From: Squalus acanthias
Taxonomy: Eukaryota
Reading direction: 5' to 3'
Assembly: GCA_030390025.1 (NCBI GenBank)
Contig: CM059432.1
Location: forward strand, 112,036,001-112,100,000
DNA: 64,000 nucleotides
The notes beneath the pieces are model-generated. The model was not told the DNA's origin. It was given only the letters and a program-made list of their open reading frames with translations, and searched no databases. The position numbers and the translations under genes were made by a program. Shown piece by piece: positions 1-12,000 of this stretch (position 1 is its first letter; every line of letters begins with the position of its first letter).

Positions 1-2600
1 GGCGGAAAACATTGGTGGGAGTTGTATATAGGCCACCAAACAGTAGTGGTAATGTAGAGCACAATATCAATCAAGAAATTAGAAGTGCATGTAACAAGGG
101 CAATACGGTAATCATGGGGGACTTTAATCTACATATTGATTGGGCAAATCAAATTACCACTAATGGTGTGGAGGACGAATTCTTGGAATGCATGCGAGAT
201 GGTTTCCTGGATCAGTATGTGGAGGAACCAACCAGGGAACAGGTTATTTTGGATCTGGTACTGTGTAATGAGAAAGGGCTAATCAATAATCTTGTGGTAA
301 AGGGGCCTTTAGGGACAAGTGACCATAATATGATTGAATTTTACATTAAGTTTGAGAGTGATGTAGTCCAATCTAAAACTAAGGTCTTCAATCTAAACAG
401 AGGAAACTACAAGGGTATGAGGGACAAGTTGGCCATGGTAGATTGGGAGATGACACTAAAAGGTATGAAGGTGGACATACAATGGCTAACATTCAAGGAA
501 ATAATGCATAATTTGCAACAAACATATATTCCTCTAGGGCATAAAAACCCAAAAGGAAAAGTGATCCAACAATGGCTAACAAAAGAAACAAAATAAATTA
601 AAGCTTGTATTAAGTCAAAGGAGGAAGCTTATAAAGTTGCCAGAAAAAGCGGTCAGCCTGAGGATTGGGATCTTTTTAGAAATCAGCAAAGGGGGACCAA
701 GAAATTGATAAAGAAAGGGAAAATGGAATATGAGCACAAACTAGCGAAAAATATAAAAACGGATTGTAAAAGCTTCCATAGGTATGTGAAAAGGAAAAGA
801 CTGGCGAAGGTAAATGTAGGTCCTTCAGAGACGGGAGAATTTATAATGGGGAATGCGGAAATGGCAGAGAAATTAAATAAATACTTTGTTTCTGTATTCA
901 CGGAGGAAGACACAAAAAACCTCCTAGAAATACGAGAAAACCAAGGGTGTGGCGAGAATGAGGAACTTAAAGAAATTACTATTAGTAAAAAAACAGTACT
1001 AGCAAAATTAATGGGACTAAAAGTCGATAAATCTCAAGGACCGGATGACCTACATCCTAGGGTTTTGAAAGAGGTGGCCATTGGGATAGTGGACGCATTG
1101 GTTGTCATCTTCCAAAATTCTATAGATTCTGGAACGGTTCCTGAAGATTGGAGGATAGCAAATGTAACCCCGCTATTTAAGAAAGGAGGGAGAGAGAAAA
1201 CGGGGAACTACAGACCTGTTAGCCTCACATCAGTAGTTGGGAAAATGCTGGAATCTATTATAAAGGATGCAATAACTGGGCACTTAGAAACTAATAGTAA
1301 GATTGGGCAGAGTCAACATGGATTTATGAAAGGGAAATCCTGTTTAACAAACCTATTGGAGTTCTTTGAGGATGTAACTAGTGGAGTAGACAAAGGGGAA
1401 CCGGTAGATGTGGTGTATTTGGATTTTCAGAAGGCCTTCGATAAGGTCCCACACAAGAGGTTGGTGAACAAAGTTAGGGCACATGGAATTGGGGGTAATA
1501 TACTAGCATGGATTGAGAATTGGTTAACAGACAGAAAACAAAGAGTAGGGATAAACGGGTCTTTTTCAGGATGGCAGGCTGTGACTAGTGGGGTACCACA
1601 AGGATCGGTGCTTGAGCCCCAGCTATTCACAATCTATATCAATGAGGGGACTAAATGTAACACTTCCAATTTTGCTGATGATACAAAACGAGGTGGCAGT
1701 GTCAGTTGTGAAGAGGATGTGAAGAGGCTTTAAGGGGATCTCAACAGGCTCAGTGAGTGGGCGAGAACATGGCAGATGGAATATAATGTGGATAAATGTG
1801 AAGTTATCCACTTTGGTAGAAAAAACAGAAAGGCAGAGTATTTCCTAAATGGTGAAAGATTGGGGAATGCAAATGCTCAAAGGGTCCTGGGTGTCCTTGT
1901 ACATGAGTCACTGAAAGTGAATGTGCAGGTGCAACAAGCCATTAGGAAGGCAAATGGTATGCTGGCCTTCATTACAAGAGGATTTGAGTACAGGAGTAAA
2001 GAAGTCTTACTCCAATTATATAGGGCCTTGGTGAGACCACACCTGGAATACTGTGTACAATTTTGGTCTCCTTACCTAAGGAAGGATATACTTGCCATAG
2101 AGGGAGTGCAACAAAGGTTCACGAGATTGATTTCTGGGATGGCGGGACTGTCGTATGAGAAGAGATTGAGTAAACTAGGCCTGTATTCTCTTGAATTCGG
2201 AGAGGGGATCTCATTGAAGCATACAAAATTATTACAGGGCTTAATAGGGTGGATGCTGGGAGAATGTTTCCCTTGGCTGGGGAGTCTAGAACCAGGGGCC
2301 ACAGCCTAAGGATAAAGGGTAGACCATTCAGGACTGAGATGAGAAGAAACTTCTTCACACAGAGGGTGGTGAATCTTTGGAATTCTCTACCCCAGAGGGC
2401 TGTGGAGGATCAGTCATTGGGTATATTCAAAACAGAAGTCGATAGATTTCTGACTAGTAAGGGCATCAAGAGATATGGCGATAGGGCCAGTGAATGGAGT
2501 TGAGGCAGAAGATCAGCCATGATCTCATTGAATGGCGGAGCAGGTTCGAAGGGCCAAATGGCCTACTCCTGCTCCTATTTCTTATGTTCTTATGTTCTTA
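1..2600 (+). mobile_element. CR1-clade LINE, decayed ORF2 (APE endonuclease part + reverse transcriptase) with 3'UTR and (TTCTTATG)n tail; 5' part lies outside the window
   Basis: ORFs 12-596, 705-1733, 1776-2309 and 2249-2503 carry VYRPP, MGDFN, SDH (endonuclease) and QHGF, YLDFQKAFDKV, GVPQGSVL, FADD, VRPHLEYCVQFW (RT and C-terminus). Stops and frameshifts occur near 596, 1733 and ~2200. The element ends in an 8-bp repeat tail at ~2579-2600. Confidence 0.95.
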
Positions 2601-2794
2601 TATGCAGGGAAGTATTCTGATGTCCTCCTTATGGATACTACTGTATAACAGATACATACAATGTTGTACAATGGCTAGGCTAACTGATCAAAAAGGTAAG
2701 CTGACTGAACTTGCCTCTCTCTTTTGTCATTTGTCAAGAGATTGTCTGCAGACCTTGAGTGAAACATCTGATTGTCCAGCCAATGTGAAACTAA

Positions 2795-3230
2795 GGGGGG
2801 CGATTTTCCCAGCCCTGGGGAGGCGGGTATGGAGGTGGGACTGCCGGGAAAATGGCAAAATTTGGGGGCGGGTGCCCAACCCGCCCCCAACCAGCCTCCG
2901 TGCCATCTTGCCAGGAGGTGGGTAGCCGTCCCGCGCCGGGTCCCATCTCCTTGGAGGCGGGAAGGGATTAAAGCCAATTAACTGCCTGTTAACAGGTAGT
3001 TAACAGGCAGAAAATAGGATTATCCCCTTTTCGCCCTCACGAGTGCGGGCTTCCCAAAGGCTCCAAAACCCGCCAGGTCAGCGAGGTGAGTAAAGGGTCA
3101 GAGGGGGTCGGAGGGGTCCAAAAGTGTGCTGTGGAGGTGAGTGATGGGTGCAAGAGTGGAAAGGTGAGTATCTGAGGTAAGTGCAAAGTGTTAGAAAAAG
3201 TGTACTTACCTTTGTTTCTTCCTGCAGGCT
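2795..3230. mobile_element. MITE-like non-autonomous DNA element fragment (left end only)
   Basis: Starts GGGGGCGATTTTCCC, like the other GG-start MITE ends here. It has an internal palindrome CTGCCTGTTAAC...GTTAACAGGCAG (~2982-3010) and an ACTTACCT motif. No right TIR was found. Confidence 0.45.
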
Positions 3231-3359
3231 TCAGTCGGTGGGTATGGGTTGCATTCTCCAATGCAACAACCATCTCATTTCTGTAAAAGAAAGAAGTTTG
3301 ATGAGGTCTTGAATTCAAAAGTAGCCACGACTGTGACAAGAAATACCATGACTCTGAAA

Positions 3360-3965
3360 AGAAAGAACAAACTCGCATTTATTTCACACCTTATCATGTT
3401 CTCAGGATGTTTCAAAGCACTTTATAACTGATGGATTATCACTGTTATGTAGGCAAGCCCAGCAGCCAATTCGCACACAGCAAGGTCCCACAACCAGCAA
3501 ATGAATGATTGCCCAGATAATCTGGCTGTAATTTTCTACCCTCCCTCTGCCGAGTTTTCAGCAGAACTATCTGTGACAGTTTTGCTGGGTCCCCACCCAT
3601 TTTTATCACCCTTTCATTTCTCATCAAAAGTAATATTCGCGGCAGCAAATTTACGGACAGCAAGGTACCTGAAACAGCACCTGAAATAAATAACCAATTA
3701 ATTCGTTTTTTGGTGGTGTTGCTTGAGGGAGAAGCATTGATCCTGACACAGGGAGAACTCCCAGCTCTTCTTTGAATAATCGCATGGGAACTTTTAATGT
3801 CCACTTGAAGAGGCAGCTTAACCTCTCATTCAAAAGAGGTTACCTTCAACAATGTAGGCCTCCCTCAGTACTGCACTGAAGTGTCTGGCTAAATGATGTG
3901 CTGAAATCTGTGGTGACACTTGAACTCACAAGCTTTTGACATTAGAGGCTTCCAACTGTGCCAAA
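3360..3965 (-). mobile_element. Decayed SINE remnants (Deu-domain-like core, L2-type tail), with a partial internal duplication
   Basis: L2-like tail (reverse: aaactcgcatttattt...caaagcacttta) at ~3365-3430. The segment gcagc(c/a)aatt..cacagcaagg appears twice (~3460 and ~3640). The core at 3710-3790 resembles the fragment at 15848-15937. Family assignment is from recall. Confidence 0.55.
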
Positions 3966-4762
3966 CTGACATCCAGATGAAAATGTTGTGTGGGCTGCCA
4001 GCTCTGGTCCTTCTTTCTATAGTTTTACATTTAACAATACTGAACCTGTGCAGCATTCAGAGGCTCCAGAATAGTGCTCATGACTAACTATGTCAAGCTG
4101 AAAATGCTACAGTACATTTAGTAATTTATTTTCCACTCAGTACTTTTATCTTGATTTGAGTGGTTTTACAGATCGTTTTACTGTAATGTGGAGTCTTCAT
4201 CAGTTACAATCGTGCTTCAATTATCTTTTTTGTGCTAATTGACTAATCTTGATGATGTCATAAGTGCTATTAGAAGTAAATGTTGAAAAGAATCAAAAGA
4301 CACAGAAAAAACACAACCAAGTTACTTATAGTTCTTTGTTTAATTCCTTTAATTGTTTTGAGGATATGTGCTGCCTCCATCTACTGTTGGACAGGGTTTC
4401 CCCAGATTATGCACTCACAGCATTTGAGAGGGCAGGTAGTCAATCTGTTTCCATGCATCTGCCAATGCCACTATGAGGTACAGAAGACTAGCCTAGGGAT
4501 GGCTCTCCCTGCAGGTTTATCAACCCTCTGCACTCCTCAACATCTGAGACTGAGAGCTAAGTGAAATAGGAGGCTGAGCCTGCTTTTCACCGCTCCATGA
4601 CACAGTGCTTGAGCTCACTTAAGCAGATGGGCTAAAGAACAGCAGGTGGATTTTAATAAATAAATGTAATAAGCGTGTATGATGCAAATGTTGAAAAGGT
4701 GTGACTATTGGTCATTCACTGAAAGCATCCAGTTAATATGAAGCTGTCCTTAGTCTGGCCCT

Positions 4763-5370
4763 CATAGAAGCTTACAACACAGAAGGAGGCCATTCGGACC
4801 TTTGTGCTCTTTGGTAGAACTATCCAATTAGTCCCACTCCCCTGCTCTTTCCTCATAGTCCTGCAATATTTTCCTTTTTTTAAGTATTTATCCAATTCCC
4901 TTTTGAAAGTTACTATTGAATCTTCTTCTACCACCCTTTCAGGCAGTGCATTCCAGATCATAACAACTCGCTGCATAAAAAAAATATTCTCCTCATCTCC
5001 CCCCTGGTTCTTTTGCAATTTTCTTAAATCGGTGTCCTCTGATTATCGACCCTCCTGCCAGTGGAAACAGTTTCTCCCTATCTACTTTAACAAAATCCTT
5101 CATAATTTTGAATGTTTCTATTAAATCTCCCCTTAATCTTCTTGGATCTAAGGAGAACAGTCCCAGTTTATCTCCACATAACTGAAGTTTCTCATCCATG
5201 GTACCACTCTCGTAAATCACCTCTGCACCCTCTCTAAAGCATTGACATCCTTCCTAAAATGTGGTGCCCAGAATTGACTGAGGCCTAACCATTGATTTAT
5301 AAAGGTTTAGCATAACATCCTTGCTTTTGTACTCTATACCTCTATTTATAAAGCCAAGGAACCCATCTGC
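4763..5370 (-). mobile_element. 5'-truncated, old CR1-clade LINE 3' end
   Basis: Minus ORFs 4993-5220 (LGLFSLDPRRLRGDLIETFKIMK) and 4716-5018 (QRVVMIWNALP) are CR1 ORF2 C-terminal motifs; tail near 4763. Confidence 0.85.
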
Positions 5371-5374
5371 TTAC

Positions 5375-6660
5375 CTTCAAAAACTCTCCACCATCTACAA
5401 AACTCAAGCCAGGAGTTTGATGAAACACTCACGACACACCTTGGATGGGTGTAGCTGGAAGAACTCTCAAGAAACTCAATACCATCCAGTACGGAACAGT
5501 TTGCTTTATCGGAGCCTCTGCCACTGGGCTCAACATTTACCCACTCCACCATTTGTACACTGTGGCTGGAGTATGTTTAATCTACAGGATCCACTGCAAC
5601 AATTTTCCAAGGTTACTTCTCAACCCTGCGACCTCTACCACCAAGAAGAACTAGAGCAGCAATTTGTGGAGCACCTTCAAGTTCTCTTTCAAGTCGCATA
5701 TCATCCTGACTTCAACATATATCGCCATTCTGTCATTGTTGCTAAGTCAGAATCTTGGCATTCCCTACTTAACACCATTTGGAAGCACCATCACCACAAG
5801 AATACAATGGCCCAGAAATTGATCTCGCTCTGTTCCCGCGGGGGTAAGCCTTCCCCGCGATGTCTCACCTCGCTTATGCTTTTTCTGATCCAGCTCGCAC
5901 GAACTTGATGTTCCAGACATCAGCTGTGCTGGGCTTGCGTATCCCAGCGGCGCAGTTAATTCGTGCGAGCTGTGGGATCACGTGACTCAGTTAGAGCCAA
6001 TGGCAGCACACCATCTTCCATTCATAAGTCTCACAGCATGGCTGTGAGACTTATGAATCTTACACCCCCCCAAAAAACAGCTAAACCTCAATTAAATTAA
6101 AAAAAAACCCATCACATTAATAAAATAAGTATAGTTAATTAAATTAACCATTTTAAATAAAAAATTAAATTTTTGAAAAAATTTAAAATCTTTTAAAAAG
6201 TTATAAAAATAAACTTACCTGTCTTTAAAGTCTATAAAAAAGATATACCTGTAAAAAAAAATTCAAAAAAATACTTAATTCACTACTTACCTTCTTAAAA
6301 GCGGGTCTTACTCCTCCTTTTTACATTTCCAAAATCTTCCGTACTTACCTGCGCGTCCAAAGCATGAAGTGCACAGCGTGCGCGCAGCCTGTAGCGCACA
6401 CGCGATGCACCCAGGACCCGCCCCCTTTTCAGAAGAGCAATTGCCGGTTTTCAGCGCATGCGCAGGGCATGCAGAAAACCGGCAATTGGAGTGGGAATAC
6501 GCGAGAGTATGCAGTGCGTACTCTCGCGTCCCGGGATCAATTTTCGGCCCATTGGTTCAAGGAGAAGGCCCACCATCACCACCTCAGTGCAATTAGGAAT
6601 GGGAAATAAATGCGGTCTTACCAGCATCACCCACATCTCATGAACAAATAAAAGAAAATG
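5375..6660 (+). mobile_element. Old CR1/L2-group LINE 3' end, split by the MITE at 5809-6550
   Basis: Translates to TIYKTQARS.. and TLKKLNTIQ...IYPLHH..TVAGVCLIYRIHC, a RT C-terminal region of CR1/L2-group LINEs. It resumes after 6553 and ends in an A-rich tail at ~6640-6660. Confidence 0.65.
5809..6550. mobile_element. MITE (family A, copy 1), 742 bp
   Basis: Imperfect TIRs GGCCCAGAAATTGATCTCG / CGGGATCAATTTTCGGCCC (15/19 match), AT-rich centre and internal hairpins. A near-identical second copy lies at 56534-57277 in a different host element. Confidence 0.9.
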
Positions 6661-6840
6661 AATTAATTACTGAGATGCACCTCAAGGCCATTTGGCTATA
6701 ATGAATTACCTTGTGAAGATAATTGGGATACTGTGTGCAAATATGGGGATCCTAACTTCAATGGGATATTAATGCATTGGAGTTAATTCAGAGTGACAAA
6801 GGTAATGCTGCAACTTAAGGCCTTAAATCATGAGAAGAAA

Positions 6841-8188
6841 CATACAACAACAACTTGTATTTACATAGGCCTGTATTTTCCGATCGGAGGCTTCCTGCGT
6901 GCGAACTTACCTGTGGGCTCCAGAGGTCCGGCCATTCCCGCTCCTGGACCTCTGCTCTACGAAATGCGCAGGGCCCAGGTATCCCAGGGGCGCATGTGGT
7001 TCGCAAGCATCCCTGGGATCACGTGGGCCATGGGGAACCAATGGAAGAAGGGAATCCCCCTTCATACTTTTGACAGCTTAGACCTGTCAAAAGTATGAAT
7101 GGGGATCACTGAAAAAAACACATCAAAACGTTAAATAATTTTTTTTTTAAATCACGTTTTTAAAATTAGTTAAAATTACATTAAATTAAATATTTTAAAT
7201 AAAAATTAATTTTTTTTATGGGGCTAAAAATAAACTTACCTTTTTTAAAAGTATTTTTAAATTAAAAATGAGTGAAAAATTTTTTTTTTTACTTTTTTAA
7301 ACTCTTATGCTGCAGGCGTAAGATTTTTAAGGGATTTCAGCGGGTGGAGGTTCTGCAGAAAGCGGAACTCTCCACCCGCAGAGGCCTTTCTCCAGGGCAG
7401 GCGCAGGATCTGTCAAGAGGATTCTTGACAGTTCGGAAGTGCCGGTTTTCAGCGTCACATGCCTGAAACCGGCACTTGCGAGGTCCCTACAGGTGTGTAC
7501 ACAGCTCGTACACACCCGTAGGGATCGGAAAATACGGGCCAATGTGCCTTTAATGTAACAAAACATCCCGGGGTGCTTCAAAGAAGCAGAATCAGACACA
7601 AATTGACCGAGCCAAAGAAGGAGACATTAGGACAGGTGACCAACAGCTTGGTCAAAGTGGTAGGTTTTAAGGAGGGTCCTTTAAGAGGAGAGAGAGATGG
7701 AGAGGCGGAGAGGTTCAGGGAGGGAATTCCGGAGCTTTAGTCCGAGATGGCTGAAAGCACGGCCGCCAATGGTGGGAGTGAAGGAAGTTGGGGATGCACC
7801 AGAGGCCAGAGTTGGAGAAACACAGAGTTCTCAGAGGGTTGTAGGGCTGGAGGAGGTTACAGAGATAGTGAGGGGCGAGGCCATGGAGGGATTTAAACAC
7901 AAGGATGATAATTTTAAATTTGATGCATTCGTGGACCAGGAGTAGGTCAGCAAGCACAGGGGTGATGGGTGAACAGGAATTGGTGCAAGTTAGGATATGA
8001 GCAGCAGAGTTTTGGATGAGCTTAAGTTTATCAAGGGTGGAAGATGGGAGGCCGGCCAGGGGAGCTTTGGAATAGTCAAGTCTGGAGGTAACAAACATAT
8101 GGATAAGGGTCTCAGCAGCAGATGGACTGAGGCAGGGGCAGAGACAGGGGATGTTATGGAGGTGTAAGTAGACAGTCTTGGTGATGGA
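6841..8188 (-). mobile_element. L2-clade LINE 3' end, interrupted by the MITE at 6868-7540
   Basis: Minus ORF 7715-8197 contains AAETLIHMFVTSRLDYS...LKLIQNSAAHILT...ITPVL, the typical L2 ORF2 C-terminus. The tail (caa)n-cttgtatttacata|gtgcctttaatg rejoins across the MITE. Confidence 0.85.
6868..7540. mobile_element. MITE (family B), 673 bp
   Basis: TIRs GGCCTGTATTTTCCGATC / GATCGGAAAATACGGGCC (17/18 match), AT-rich centre and internal hairpin 7061-7099. Inserted in an L2 tail. Confidence 0.9.
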
Positions 8189-9039
8189 CCCTGACATATT
8201 GCAGGGTACTTACCTCTTGTACAATGTGATCTCCGCTTCAGTGAGAATCGGCAGCATCTAATTGCAAGACCAGATTTCTGATTGGTCCTCTTGGAGGACA
8301 AGACACACCCAGCAGTTTGTCTGGATTGTGTAATTTAAAGCTACCTGCCTGAGTAATCAAGATCTTTGCAATGTATAATTTGATCCATTCATTGTGACAG
8401 CCAGGCTCCAGGCAGAGTTCACCGTGCTAACACTACTGCTTTCAGAGAACAGACAGGGCTCACCCTCCCAGGTTAGGTCTTTCTCCCCCCGCAAAACAAG
8501 TTCCTGATCATCTCCCCATGCCCCCCACCAACCCCCACCATAGATGGGGCATTGCGTGTGGATCACGGATTGTTAACAGGTTTATTGGGTATGAAGTGAA
8601 TAGCGACAGTGTCATGATTTCCGGATTTCATCCAGTCCAATGATGTCACTTGCTGCACATGCGCCAAGCCTTCCAAGAAATCAACCAGGTCTAGGGAAGA
8701 GGAAAGGGAGAAAGTGTTGCGGGTGTAAAGGGGATGGGGTTGGAAGAACATAATCCACGTCTAACAGAGGGGGGGATAACGTGATCTATCTACCCATCTG
8801 GAGCATGTTGTTGCTCTCATTCACCCCACCCCTTAGACCTGGATCATGTTCTTCCCTCATCGCCACTGTTCACCCCGTGCTCTTCCTCCCCACTCATCTC
8901 CTGACCTCCCCCCCTCCCCCGAGTTCCTGAAATTCTCCCCCACCGAGTTCCTGACCTTCTCCCTCCCTGCCGAGATCATGACCTTCACTCCCCCTGAGTT
9001 CATGACCTTGCCTCCCCTGAGTTACTTACCTGCTCCCCC

Positions 9040-12000
9040 GTCCGACACCCTGACCTTCTCCCCCCTCCGATCTCCTCTCCTTCTCCCCCCCGATCCCCTC
9101 TCCTCCTCGCCCCTCCGATCCCCTCTCCTTCTCCCTCCTCCGATCCCCTCTCCTTCTACCCCCTCCGATTCCCTCTCCTTCTTCCCCCTCCGATCTCCTC
9201 CCCTTCTCCCCCCTCTGATCCCCTCTCCTTCTCCCTCCCACCGATCCCGTCTCCTCTCCCCCTCCCCACTCCGATCCCCTCCCCTTCTCCCCCCTCCGAT
9301 CCCCTCTCCTTCTCCCCCGTCCGATCCTCTCTCCTTCTCCCCCCTACGAAACCCCTCTCCTTCTCCCTCCCTCCGATCCCGTCTCCTCTCCCCCTCCCCC
9401 CTCCGATCCCCTCTCCTTCTACCCCCTCCGATCCCCTCTCCTCTCCCCCTCCGATCCCCTTTCCGATCCCCTCTCCTACTATTCTGCCTGGTGGTCACCC
9501 ATTCCCTTCCTGCCTGTGCAGCCTTTACCTGCGGTGTGACCAACTCCCTAAACGTGTTATCCACGATGTGCTCAGCATCGCGAATGCTCCAGTATGTATC
9601 CATTCGCAGCTCCAGAGCCGAAATGCGGTCTGTCAGTAGCTCTCCTCTCCTCCCCCGATCACCTCTCCTCCCCCGATCCCCTCTCCTCCTCCGATCCCCT
9701 CTCCTCTCCTCCTCTGATCCACTCTCCTCTCCTCCTCCGATCCCCTCTCCTCTCCTCCCCAGATCCCCTCTCCTCCCCCGATCCCCTCTCCTCTCCTCCT
9801 CTGATCCACTCTCCTCTCCCCCTCCGATCCCCTCTCCGATCCCCTCTCCTCTCCCCCTCCGATCCCGTCTCCGATCCCCTCTCCTCTCCTCCCCAATCCC
9901 CTCTCCACTCCTCCCCTGATCCCCTCTCCTCTCCTCCCCCGATCCCCTCTCCTCTCCCCCTCCAATCCCCTCTCCTCTCCCCCTCCAATCCCCTCTCCTC
10001 TCCCCCTCCGATCCCCTCTCCTCTCCCCCTCCAATCCCCTCTCCTCTCCCCCTCCAAACCCCTCTCCTCTCCCCCTCCGATTCACTCTCCTCTCCTCTCC
10101 GATTCACTCTCCTCTCCTCCCCCAAACCCCTCTCCTCTCCTCCCCCGATCCCCTCTCCTCGCCACCCCCGATCCCCTCTCCTCTCCCCCTCCGATCCCCT
10201 CTCCTCTCCTCCCCTGATCCCCTCTCCTCTCCCCCTCCGTTCCCCTCTCCGATCCCCTCCCCTCTCCTCCTCCGATTCCCTCTCCTCTCCTCCCCCAATC
10301 CCCGCTCCTCTCCTCCCCTGATCCCCTCTCCTCTCCCCCTCCGTTCCCCTCTCCGATCCCCTCCCCTCTCCTCCTCCGATTCCCTCTCCTCTCCCCCTCC
10401 AATCCCCTCTCCTCTCCTCCCCTGATCCCCTCTCCTCTCCTCCCCCGATCCCCTCTCCTCTGCCCCCTCTGATACCCTCTCCTCTCCTCCCACAATCCCC
10501 TCTCCTCTCCCCTCCGATTACCTCTCCTCTCCTCCCCGATCCCCTCTCCTCTCCCCCTCCAAACCCCTCTCCTCTCCTCCCCCGATCCCCTCCCCTCTCC
10601 TCCCCCAACCCCCTCTCCTCTCCTCCCACGATACTCTATCCTCTCCTCCTCCAATCCCCTCTCCTCTCCTCTATCTTCGGTCCCCTAACCTCTCATCCAC
10701 CGATCCCCTCTCCTCTCCTCTATCTTCGGTCCCCTAACCTCTCATCCACCGATCCCCTCTCCTCTCCTCCCCAATCCCCTCTCCTCTCCTCTATCTTCGG
10801 TCCCCTAACCTCTCATCCACCGATCCCCTCTCCTCTCCTCTATCTTCGGTCCCCTAACCTCTCATCCACCGATCCCCTCTCCTCTCCTCCCCTGATCCCC
10901 TCTCCTCTCCTCCCCAATCCCCTCTCCTCTCCTCCTCCATTCCCCTCTCCTCTCCTCCCCTAATCCCCTCTCCTCTCCCCCTCCGTTCCCCTCTCCGATC
11001 CACTCTCCTCTCCTCCCCCAATCCCCGCTCCTCTCCTCCCACGATCCCCTCTCCTCTCCTTCTCCGATCCCCTCCCCTCTCCTCCTCCGATTCCCTCTCC
11101 TCTCCCCCTCCAATCCCCTCTCCTCTCCTCCCCTGATCTCCTCTCCTCTCCTCCTCCGATCCCCTCTCCTCTCCTCCCCCAAGCCCCTCTCCTCTGCCCC
11201 CTCTGATACCCTCTCCTCTCCTCCCACAATCCCCTCTCCTCTCCCCTCCGATTACCTCTCCTCTCCTCCCCGATCCCCTCTCCTCTCCCCCTCCAATCCC
11301 CTATCCTCTCCTCCTCCAATCCCCTCTCCTCTCCCCTCCGATTACCTCTCCTCTCCTCCCCCGATCCCCTCTCCTCTCCATCCCCGATCCACTCTCCTCT
11401 CCTCCCCGATCCCCTCCCCTCTCCTCCGCCGATCCCCTCCCCTCTCCTCCGCCGATCCCCTCCCCTCTCCTCCCCCGATCCCCTCCCCTCTCCCCCTCCA
11501 TTCCCCTCTCCTCTCCTCCCCTGATCTCCTCTCCTCTCCTCCCCCGATCCCCTCTCCTCTCCCCCTCCGATCCCCTCTCTTCTCCTCCCCTGATCCCCTC
11601 TCCTCTCCTCCTCCGATCCCCTCTCCTCTCCTCCCCCAATCCCCTCTCCTCTCCTCTCCTCCCCGATACCCTCATTCTCTCCTCCCCCGATCCCCTCTCC
11701 TCTCCTCTCCGATTACCTCTCCTCTCCTCCCCGATCCCCTCTCCTCTCCCCCCTCGATCCCCTCTCCTCTCCCCCTCCAATCCCCTCTCCTCTCCCCCTC
11801 CAATCCCCTCTCCTCTCCTCCTCCGATCCCCTCTCCTCTCCTCTCCTCTCTCGATCCTCTCTCCTCTCCTCCCCCAACCCCCTCTCCTCTCCCCCTCCAA
11901 TCCCCTCTCCTCTCCTCTCTCGATCCTCTCTCCTCTCCTCCCCCAACCCCCTCTCCTCTCCCCCTCCAATCCCCTCTCCTCTCCTCCTCCGATCCCCTCT

